Positions 24,755 to 35,149 of a stretch of 64,000 bases of DNA are shown piece after piece. The stretch comes from Octopus sinensis (Eukaryota). The notes beneath the pieces were generated by a model. It ran no database searches. It was not told where the DNA came from and was given only the letters and a program-made list of their open reading frames with translations. Position 1 is the first letter of the stretch, and each line of letters begins with the position of its first letter. The stretch lies in the NCBI RefSeq assembly GCF_006345805.1, contig NW_021826031.1, positions 186,001 to 250,000 of the forward strand, in the 5' to 3' direction. Position numbers and translations under genes: made by a program.

Positions 24755-27700
24755 TTGTTGGTCTTGGAGTTACGCTTCCTTCTATCCCGGCTAAAAGTGG
24801 ACATTGCTCTCATCCAGGAGTCTAAACTCTCTGTGTCATCCTCAACACCACGGTTCCCTGGCTACAATGTACTGCGAAAGGACCGGACGAGAAGTCTTGG
24901 TGGAGGACTATTGACAATTGTCAAGGATGGGCTTGTGTTTACCGACGTTACTACATTCGTTTCCTTCCTGTGTGAAGGCAACCCTATTCTTGAGCAAATC
25001 TCTATAGAAGTTCCTTTTTCACCCTCAAGACATTTTACATTGTGCAATGTATATGTCTTACCGCAGAGTTCGACGACTTCCTTTATCCCAAAGTATACAC
25101 CCAACTTATTGAAACTTTGCGGACTGACGGACTTGCTGCTATGTGGCAACCTAAATGCCAAGCATCCGCTCTGGCTCCGGTCTCAACCGGCCGACATTCG
25201 CGGCGAGTACATCCTTTCCGTACTCAATAAGTTGACTATCCTAAACGACCCATACGCTCATACAAGGACACCAACCCGCAGAAGAGACAACCCAACATCT
25301 CGGACCTGTCTCTCTGCACTTCATCCTTGGGTGGATATATCTCTTGGAATGTTCGTTATGGCTTCTCGAGCGACCATAAAACCATTGTACTGAGTTCGTT
25401 ATGGCTTCTCGGGCTGTATGTGACGACTGCCTGCTCGATCTCTCTATGGAAAATTGCACGGTGGAAAGGACGGCCAAGATCCTATCTACTATCATTTTGC
25501 AAGCTGATAAATTATTTATACCTGTCGCCTCATTATCATCACAAATCCTACCACTTATCAAAGAACGGGATGCCCTGAAGAAAAACAAGTCCAATGACTC
25601 ATATCATACTATACGTTCGTTGAATATCAAAATTTCTGAACTGATCCGCACTAATTACGTATCGATCAGCCATAAAGACTTCTCTCGCACTCTACATATT
25701 GAACGGCTCGGACCGCGACCAGAACCGTATTCCACCTTCTTCACACCGGATGATGTTGATAAGGCTATTAAATCCCTACGTCCCACCCGTGCTTGTGGTC
25801 CTGACGGGATTTGTGCTGTCCACCTCAAACACCTGGGACCCCGGGCACGGACCGTACTATCAAGACTATATAACGACTCCATCAACTTACGTACGATACC
25901 TAATATATGGAAAAACTCCCTAATTACGCCAATTCTAAAGCCTGGGAAACCAAAGGATGCCCTCTCTTCATACCGCCCGATCTCAATAACTTGTATCTTA
26001 TCGAAAGTACTGGAAAAGCTTGTATTAACGCGAATCTCTCCTGTTCTACAACTGCCAGAATTCCAGCACGGTTTTAGACCAGACCGTTCTACAACGACCC
26101 ACTTGTGTTCTGTCTCCCAGTTTATTACTGACGGTTTCAACATGGGAACACACCTACGGACGGCCTTAGTATCCATTGATATACAAAAGGCTTTTGATTC
26201 TGTCCCGAGGAAACTCCTAACGCGGAAGATATTTGATTCGAACTTACATCCGAACATCAAACTGTGGTTTGGAAAATTTCTTAACTGGCCGACGCGGAAG
26301 GATCCGTATTGACAATACTACTTCAGATCAAGACTACTGCCCAATGGTGTCTCACAAGGTTCCCCTTTATCTCCTCTCCTTTAACCTATTTCTTCATGAC
26401 CTACCCATTACTAATGACCCAGACATTATGTTCTTATCCTATGCGGACGACTGATTATCGCTGCAAGAGATAAAATCCTTCTGTGGCTATCGCAATGGTC
26501 CGTCACGATTGTAGGAAAGAAAGTCAAGCGGAAAAAACGTCAAGTGGAAAAAAAGTCAAGTCCGTAAGCGGAAAAAAAGTCAAGTGGAAAAAAAGTCAAG
26601 TCGTCTTTGTTTACTTTATATTGTATCTTTTTCGCAATAATAGCAACTTTTAATTTTTAACAATTTTTTTCAATACTTGACTTTTTTTCGCTTTACCTTT
26701 TTTTCCATTTTTGAAATTTATTCCCTTATAAATTTTCGAAATTTAGCGCAAAACGGAAAAAAAGTCAAGTCCGTAATTTCGTTAACGAACTTGACTTATT
26801 TTCCGTCTTAAAATAATCGTTTTCCTAATCAATTTAAGAACTTCAAAGTAATAATAAAAGTGGCCTGACTATTTGCTTAATCTTACGCCTTGATCTTAAA
26901 TATTATGCATATTGTATCTTAAATATTATGGATGCCGCAAAAATAAGTGACAAAATGGAGATAATATCATCTAACAAAGGAGGAAAAAAAATTTGTTTCA
27001 AAGGTTATATGTATACAAGGCACTCGACAACAAAAAATTATATAATTTTTAATTGTGTTAAAAAGTCTTCGCAAGGATGCAGAGGAAGCTTAAGAACAGA
27101 TCATAACTTTGAGTTTCCTAAAGAAGGAACCTCTCACAATCACGAATTAGACGAAACTCAAATAAAACTGACGAAGTTGTGCAACAAGGCAAAACTTCTT
27201 GCAAAAAAGAGCCAAGAGAATCCCTTACAAATCTATTCAAATGTTGTTTCTCAATGTGATACATCATCCAGAATTATTCTCCCTTCTGCAGATTCTTTCA
27301 AGCGAACAATAAGAAATCAACGCTTGTCTCTACATATTCCAAAAATATTCTAGATCTAGAAGATATTCCATCATTTTTAACTTCAACTCTTGGTCCGGAT
27401 TCAGAAAACTTTTTAATTTATGATAATCAAAGAAGAAACGATAGACTTTTAATATTCAGCACCAATACTAATTTAACGTTATTGGCAAATTCCAAAGTAT
27501 GTATATGGATGGAATTTCTCTATGGCACCATGCATATTCAAGCAAATATATTTTATCAGAATTGAGTTCAATTCCAGTCCAATTACAGTTATTTATGGAA
27601 TATTACCTTCTAAATCAAGAAAGATTTACGAAGAATTTTTTGAGACTATTCAAAATGCAATTCATAATTTGAATTTGGAATTTTGTCTTGAAACTATTAT

Positions 27701-29390
27701 GGCAGACTTTGAAGATTCGGTATTTCGAGCTGTCCTTGCAGTATTTGGGAGACGAATACATATTAGAGGATGTTATTATCATCTAAGGCAGTCAACCTGG
27801 AGAAAAATTCAAGAATTGCATTTAGTAAAAGAATATAAGAAAATATTAACTTCAACATTTTTTGCGCTATGATAGACGCTCTTGCGTTTTTGCCCATTCA
27901 AGATCTGGAAGAAGGAATAGAATTCCTAATAGATAATATACCAAAAGATGTTCCAGATTCAAAATATATAGTAGATTATTTTGATCGAACATATGTTCGT
28001 GGTTATTATCGTTGCTTAAATAAACAAGAAAACCCTTTATCTGTTAGAATACAGCACATTTCTCCATTGTTCCCTCCAATTTTATGGATGTGTATGAAGC
28101 CACGCTCATAATGATCAAAGAACAAACAACTATTGTGAAGGATGGAACAATAAATTATACAATTTGACGGGATATCGTCATCCATCGATATGGAAATTAT
28201 ATCTTCTTTTCAAAAAGAAGAAAAAATGACGAAAACAATTATTGACCAGGATTCCATCGGAAGAAAAATTACGACAAGAAAAAACAAGAGTACACTCGAT
28301 CGACAACAAAGGCTGCTAAATATATGTCTGGATCGCCAAAACAGAAAAAAGACAATAGGAGAAACCCTACAAGCAATTGCATGGAATATTAATATTCTTT
28401 TGATTCGAATTAAATAATCCTTTCATCACGTTTAATAAAAATCTTTTTTAAATATTTAAAAATTTTTAAAAATAAAGAAAATCTGGACTACTCTAAGAAT
28501 TTTTGTAAAATTTATGTGATTTATTTTCCGGAAGAAATGAAACAGAATAGATAAAACAAAGGAAGCGAACTATTTCGGCAGGCGAGAAGCTAACGCGAAC
28601 GAAAAAAAGTTTGCGCATACAATTGCAAGTGATATCAGTTTTAAAAAACCGATATTCTGAACCAAGCTTTTAAAATTTATTTTCACAACGTGTTGCTTAG
28701 CTGTGGCAGAACATTTAAATGAAATTACAGTCCGTAATTTCGTTAACGAACTTGACTTTTTTTCCGTTTTGCGCTAAATTTCGAAAATTTATAAGGGAAT
28801 AAATTTCAAAAATGGAAAAAAAGTAAAGCGGAAAAAAAGTCAAGTATTGAAAAAATTGTTAAAAATTAAAAGTTGCTATTATTGCGAAAAAGATACAATA
28901 TAAAGTAAACAAGACGACTTGACTTTTTTTCCACTTGACTTTTTTTCCGCTTACGGACTTGACTTTTTTTCCACTTGACGTTTTTTCCGCTTGACTTTCT
29001 TGCGAAAAGAACAATATAAAGTAAACAAAGACGACTTGACTTTTTTTCCACTTGACTTTTTTTCCGCTTACGGACTTGACTTTTTTTCCACTTGACGTTT
29101 TTTCCGCTTGACTTTCTTTCGCATACCCCAGTCAACATCAACCGTTAGTGATTGGCTATCTGCATGCAACATGTTGTGTGTGTCTGCATCTAAATCCCAA
29201 TTCAACCCTCTTTACTACTGATAGAAGATTCAAGAATGGACTAGAACTATTCATTGGAGACAAACCTATTCCCTCTTCGCGTACCCAGAAGATCCTTGGC
29301 GTGGTTTTCGACTTCTTAATGACGTTCTCAAATCACGTAGAGGAGGCCCTAGCTAAAGGTTTTCGGAAGTGGAACGTCTTGAAAGCTCTG
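24755..29390 (+). mobile_element. APE-endonuclease + RT LINE (Jockey/I-group-like), frameshifted, split by a MULE insertion
   Basis: APE: DIALIQESK, GGGLLTIV, CGNLNAKH. RT: GPDGI, SYRPISITCILSKVLEK, QHGFRPDRST, IDIQKAFDSV, YADD (to about 26470). The frame resumes at about 29125 (KILGVVFDFLMTFSNHV). Confidence 0.88.
26515..29120 (+). mobile_element. Mutator-like (MULE) transposon with FLYWCH-MULE transposase and long repeat-rich TIRs
   Basis: About 290-bp TIRs built from GGAAAAAAAGTCAAG units. ORFs 26928-28417 give FKGYMY..C...C..HNH, MAPCIFKQIY, IMADFE, RGCYYHLRQSTWRK and RTNNYCEGWNNK, with a stop and frameshifts. No TSD seen. Confidence 0.9.
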
Positions 29391-29394
29391 TTAA

Positions 29395-31905
29395 AGAAGA
29401 GTCCCTTCCCCCTGAAAGATTGTGTCAGCAAGGTCTACCAAGATTGCCCCGAAGGTTGAGTATGCCTGCTCAGCCTGGAGGTTTGCAATTGCTGTTGGAC
29501 GTGAGCGCATCGTTGATGAAGAAATTAAGACATTTGGAAACTTGTATCCTAGCTGACTTTGGAATGCGAAGGGGGATTTTCAAAGAACTTCGGAAGCTGG
29601 ACAAGTTGATGAGGAATGAGTTGACATCAAATTGATGAGCACTAGCACTAGTTGGCTCTTTAGAGCAGGCCTGGCCAACCCAAATCGCATCGCGGGCCAC
29701 TTTGTCCAAATGAATCCTTTCCGCGGGCCGCATATACATGTACATACTAAGGATAGATATCAAAACAACACAGATAAGATTTTATTTAGTAAAATAGCAT
29801 TCAGTCCAATTATACGTATCAATGAGAAATCTGTTTTTCTTTATCTTCACTTAATTTTTTCAAATCAACTTCACAATTACTAGTTGCACATCTTAATTGT
29901 TTTCTAAGTTTTTATCTGTTAAAGAAGATCTATATCTACTTTTACTAAACTTTAATTTCGAAAAGAATGATTCACATACGTAAGTAGATCCAAAGGAGCT
30001 TACAACTCTTTGTGCAAAAATTCTTAAGTTGGGATATTTTTCTGCAGTCACATATTTGTTATAAAAGTCAATTTTGGATATAGTAGGATAAACAAGTCTT
30101 AGTTCACTGTTGCACTGTAGGTCAATTATTTCCGTCTGCAAAGTATTTGAAACAATAGAAACGTCAACATGAAATGGAGAAGAAAATGTTTCAAACATTT
30201 TCTCATATTTTTTTAGTTCCGAGAATCGACTGTCAAATGCTGCAGCAAGATTTTTTATTTCATCAGCGTACTTGAAGAAATTTTTACAATGGCTGATTTT
30301 AAATTGATTTAGCGTTGGAAAATGTTGATCATTTCCATTTCTTATTTGACATTCAAACAATGACAATTTCATTCGAAATGCTTTGACTTGATGGCATGCA
30401 TTAGTAATCAAATTATCCTGTCCTTGTAACTCCTTGTTTAATTGATTAATTTTTTCGGTTATATCTACCAAAAGCACAGATCTAGCATCCATTCTTCATC
30501 ATTTAATTCAGTTAATGTCATTTTCTTATGCATCATAAAACTTTTGATTTCTTCTCTCAGTCGAAAAAACGTTTTAAACATTTTCCGCGACTCAGCCATC
30601 TGACATTGGAAAAATACACAAGATCACCATAGTGAGAATATAACTCGTTCAATAATTCTTTAAACTGGCGATGTTGAAGTGCATGAGAACGAATGAAGTT
30701 TATAGTTCTTACAACCACACTCATAACATGGTTCATAGACAACACTTGCGCGCACAATTGTGTTGATGTATCAAGCAGTGTATTACAAATAAATCATTTT
30801 TATGCTTCTTGACTCCATCTCATCCATTATTAGCTTTACAACTCCTTTATTTCTTCCAATCATAGCCGGCGCCCCATCTGTTGTCAATCCAGCAAGGTCT
30901 CTAAATTCGCTCCATTGTCGGATAAACATTTCATAACAGCTTGGAAAATATCTTCGCCCTTTGTAGTATCTTTCAAACTGACAAGGTTAAGCATTTCTTG
31001 TTTCACTTGAAAAGATTCGGTAACTCCACGAATATATACTACAAGTTGAGACGTGTCTGATATATTCGTGCATTCGTCAAAGGCCAAAGAATAACTTTTG
31101 AAATATTTTATTTGATCACGCAAAGTCACCACAATTTCATTTGAAATGTCATTAACCCTGCGACATATGGTTTGACGTGACAAGCTAATGTTTGAAAACT
31201 TTTTAGTTTTATCTGGCAAAATGTCTTTCACGACAGCATCCAAACACTCTTTTACGAATTCTCCATCCGAAAATGATTTCATTCTCTTTGAAATTATCAT
31301 TGCAACAGAGTAGCTTGCTTTAACAGTATCAGAAGAAGAGTGTATCGATGAATTTAATAGTCTTTGCTGATTTCTCAATTCAGATTTAAGCGAATCCAGT
31401 TTCCTTGTTTTCAATTCCTTACTAAATTTCGCGTATTCGGAATGCTTTGTTTCATAATGTCTTCTTACATTGTACTCTTTCACCACCGATACTTTCTCCT
31501 TGCAAATTAAACATGTTGGCTTGGAATTATGCATTATAAAAAAGTAATCTTCTTCCCAATGATTGCTGAATTGCCTGTTTTCTTCAAAAATTTTCCTTTT
31601 CTTCATATTGATAACAGCTACAAAAATAGATAAACTTTAAAATTTATTAAACTTATAAAATTTATCTTTATTTATTAAACTTAAGAAAAATTTATCTTGA
31701 ATGTATTTATAGGTTAACTACATACAAAATTTCTCTCGCGGGCCGCACCAAACTCTATCGCGGGCCGCATGCGGCCCGCGGGCCTTGGGTTGGCCAGCCC
31801 TGCTTTAGAGGGTTCAGGGGAGCCAGGGGGTGAGATGCAGTTCGGGAGAAGGCATGAGGGGCACGCCCATTTTGTGATAGCAGATGCAGTTTTTTTACTC
31901 AACTT
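29395..31905 (-). mobile_element. 5' fragment of CRE-like element (PHD end + IPKSAR region) split by a hAT insertion
   Basis: LSKKTASAITKWACPSC (31803-31905) continues across the hAT into PLRIPKSARIQV (29470-29665). Homologous to 37185-37530. Confidence 0.7.
29666..31802 (-). mobile_element. hAT transposon (Buster/SPIN/GTF2IRD2-like), near full length, frameshifted
   Basis: TIR CAGG(G/C)CTGGCCAACCC. 8-bp TSD CTTTAGAG (29658-29665 and 31803-31810). ORFs: BED-like PTCLICKE..RRHYETKH, SLAFDECT, VRWLSRG and FGSTYVCESFFS. Confidence 0.95.
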
Positions 31906-31949
31906 GACACATTAAAGGTCGATTGAATGAATGAATGCTTTCATCGATT

Positions 31950-32420
31950 AGTTGGAAAATTACTTTTGTCTGCTATATTTTTTTTCACCAGAAATGGTTT
32001 TAAAAACCAGATTTTCTCTTCTTAAATCTGTCTAACCAACCGTTTGAGGCTTTAAAAGATGTTAGAGAATCCAATTTTGTCAATATTTTTTTTTCGATGG
32101 CTTTGATTAATGTACCCGAAATAGAAAAGGAATTTTCCCTCAATCGACGAAAAGCATTAAAAGTTAATTCGTCAAGTTTTTCAAATTGATTTATTTCATT
32201 AGAAACTTGTTGAACTTCATCTATTTGAACTAATCTTGAAATGACTGATTCGGTATTAATGAAAGAAGAAATTTCTTGTTTCTTGAAGGAGAATTATTTT
32301 CAATTTTTCTTTGATCTTGTTTCTCATAACAAAATAAATCAAAGTATATTCAAGACAAGAAAATGTCTTGTTTCTTGAAGGAGAATTATTTTGAATTTTT
32401 CTTTGATCTTGATCCGGTAT
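31950..32420 (-). mobile_element. pogo/Tigger N-terminal (CENP-B HTH) relic with ~88-bp tandemly duplicated segment
   Basis: Minus frame gives SFSISGTLIKA...FKASNGWLDRFKKR. The segment TCTTGTTTCTTGAAGGAGAATTATTTT... is repeated at about 32274 and 32358 and again at about 33790. Confidence 0.65.
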
Positions 32421-32439
32421 TAATGCGAAGTTTTTTTTG

Positions 32440-32930
32440 GGCGGGGTTCGACTGTATTTATGCTCTATTTTCTACATGTTTAACTGTTTCCAATCAACGC
32501 CGACTCGCTTGCTTATGTGCAAGCAAAGCAGCAGTGTTTTGTTCCGTCCATCGGAAAGTCTCTCCATCTCCCGTCCATCGGAAAGCTAGTGGAAAAAGAT
32601 TGCTTAAAAATTGCAATCTCTTTCCGTATCGGGCTAAAGATCTGTCAGACGCACAAATGCCGCTGTGGAGAACTGTTGAAGAGTAGTTTGCACTCTCTCA
32701 CTTGCCGTCGGAGTGCTGGTTGTGCACATCGCCACAGTAAACTCAACGCAATAATCCTCGAGCCGGTTTGGGTGGATAGAAAAGACGACAAACGCCCAGA
32801 TAGCATGTCTACCTTCCCTTCGAGGAAGGGAAATTCCTTATTTGGGACTCCACCAGCTCAGACACATTCTCGCGCGGAAATCTCGCTCTGTCTACTGTCG
32901 ATTCTGGGCACTCTCTGAGGCTGGCCAAAG
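32440..32930 (+). mobile_element. CRE-like internal fragment (CCHC + RLE)
   Basis: KIAISFRIGLKICQTHKCRCG...HSLTCRRSAG..HRHSKLN and DDKRPDSM. Confidence 0.8.
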
Positions 32931-33054
32931 TTAGCAAGATTCCTAAATTTCAGAGCTGCAGTCTATATAAAACAATGGAAGTGACATTCTACTAGGAAGG
33001 AAGTAAATAAAACTTTTTAAACAAAGAAGCCAATTTTAACTAAAACGAAAACAA

Positions 33055-33543
33055 TTAATAAAAGTTTGCGACTTTTTCTTGTTCGGATTTTGGATAAAAA
33101 GAACGTTTAAAATGGTCACGTCCATACACAAATTCTGTGCAGCGAATATGCTGAGGATAGATCCCTTCAAGCAGAATAGTACTTGGGGAGGCTCTTCTGA
33201 TAAGACGACCACAAAGGCAGCATCTTTCAGGGCCTTCATCACTGAATGTAGCTGCTGTAACTCTTTTCTTGAGAAGGCCTTTGGCCTTCAATACCTCTTT
33301 TAAGGATGGTGACAACATATGTTGAATTTCGGGACTTTCAAAGGTAAATTTGCATCGCGGGGATTCCAACTTTTTATGAATTTTCATAAGTTCTTCATAC
33401 GTATAATCTAGCAGTGTTATTACTAAAAATTAACTGTGCTTGGCACCGTCAAAAAACCCCTCTCCAGAAACTTTCTTCATGTCTTCAAGCTTAACATCTA
33501 TCAGTGTAATTAATAAAAATCTACAGTCAAAATTTAAGAACAT
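33055..33543 (-). CDS. hypothetical protein (~145 aa, Cys/His-rich C-terminus)
   Basis: Two plausible ~26-nt GT-AG introns join ATG 33543 to the 110-aa ORF (..CCLCGRLIRR...HIRC..). No family recognised. Confidence 0.5.
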
Positions 33544-33948
33544 TTAACAAGAATATCACCACAATGACGGAAATAAAATTTATTTTATTTCAATTAAAAA
33601 ATAATAAATTAAAAATAATTTTAACAAATTAAAATATATTCACTTAATGGTTTATTTAATCTTTGTATACTTTGAAAATCGCAAAAAAAGTTATATTAAA
33701 AACCGATGTTTTGACCAATTCATTGCCTTTTTGATAAAAAATATTTACAATTACAAAATAAATCAAAATATGTTCAAAACAAGAAAATGTCTTGTTTCTT
33801 GAACGAGAATTATTTTCAATTTTTCTTTGATCTTGTTTCTCATAACCATACTGAAATTTGAGACGCTGCCATCTTTGAAGTTAGCCATAACCTTACGCCG
33901 TGATTAAAGTGATATTTATGAATGTTTCCGCGTGTTTAATGAATAAAA

Positions 33949-34730
33949 ATGTTTCAACTGGTCGTTTAGAATTTTATAATTTTGTTTTAGAATCCTACAA
34001 GTTTTACAACCGTGGTTGCAATTCCTTATTTGGGAGGTGTTGTTTTGGCTTCAGATACAAGAGTCACTTGTTCTTTAAATAATCCCGACGAAAGCTGTAA
34101 TGAAATTTTGTATTAAAATATTAGATTCTGATAATAACTATAAAATTTTCCAGATTACCAATAACGCGATCATTGGTTTTACTGGGAACATGAATGTTTT
34201 TGAATTCATAAAGAAAGAATGTTCTCGTAGTTTTCAGTATTTTTTAAATTAATTTGTTTTCTAGAAAGTCTTGGAATATGTATCCAATGTTTTTAGAAGA
34301 TTTCATTAAAAAAATTCTATCAAATTTTATACTTCCGAATCAATTATCGGTATATTTGAGTTCTTGTTATATTTTTAGAAAGTTATTCTGTTATGTGTAC
34401 TGAATGGAGGAATGTATCAATTTGTGATAGATTCCTTCACAAGTATAGAATGTATGTGGTGTCACGTAACGACCATCGGCTCGGGCTCAATAAGGGCGCT
34501 TTCTTTAATCAATAATCAGTATTTTCTTTTATAATCATTGCCAGTTATCGTGGAATTTTTACAACGGAAAGTGAGGCTATTTGGTTAGCCCACAATTCAA
34601 TAAAATACGCAGCACAATATGATAGACTCACAGGAGGATTTTCTAATAGTATATTTGCATATATAATACTTTAGTTTACACCATCTCGAATTTTGGAATC
34701 AATTGTGTCGGCCTTTTTCAGCTTTTTTGA
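33949..34730 (+). CDS. highly divergent proteasome beta subunit, beta5-like
   Basis: Missed by the ORF track. Six exons (introns include 33961-33990 and 34097-34124) give MFQLNPTSF|TTVVAIPYLGGVVLASDTRVT...NYKIFQI...TIGSGSIRALSLIN...YAAQYDRLTGGFSNIYTISNFG. All introns are GT-AG and 26-30 nt. Confidence 0.85.
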
Positions 34731-35149
34731 TGCGTATGGATTCTTATTATTATTATAGGCAACTGTCGTAGAAACATAGTAGTTATATTTCCACCTTAAT
34801 TAATTTTTTATTTTCATACATTGTCACAGTCCGTTTATAAAACCCGCCCATTTTGTTACCTATCGATTTTATCGATTAATCTGTATTATTAGGGCCCAAC
34901 AATCATACTTTATTTATTACATTTTTCTTAAATTATTAAAACTAGCTAATAAACAATTCTGTGAAAAAAAATTCTGTGAAAAGAAAAAAATATTAAGCTT
35001 CTGGAAAAGTTGGTTGTGGCTGTTAAACAGAGCGCTGCGGATACTATCGGCTATAGAGACAACCGTCCAAACAACAACTACGCATATTAGACTCAAAAAT
35101 AAGGGAAATGTCAGAGCACTAAACCGATATCCGCTTGAGAATCGAAAAT

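Noticed and set aside
26515-26800. Regularly repeated GGAAAAAAAGTCAAG units resembling a CRISPR array or satellite
   Set aside because: Spacers are only a few nt, the block is mirrored at 28.75-29.12 kb around a MULE transposase, and the context is eukaryotic; these are TIR subrepeats.
28866-29141. 91-aa ORF with a tandem peptide repeat
   Set aside because: It is a translation of the duplicated MULE right TIR.
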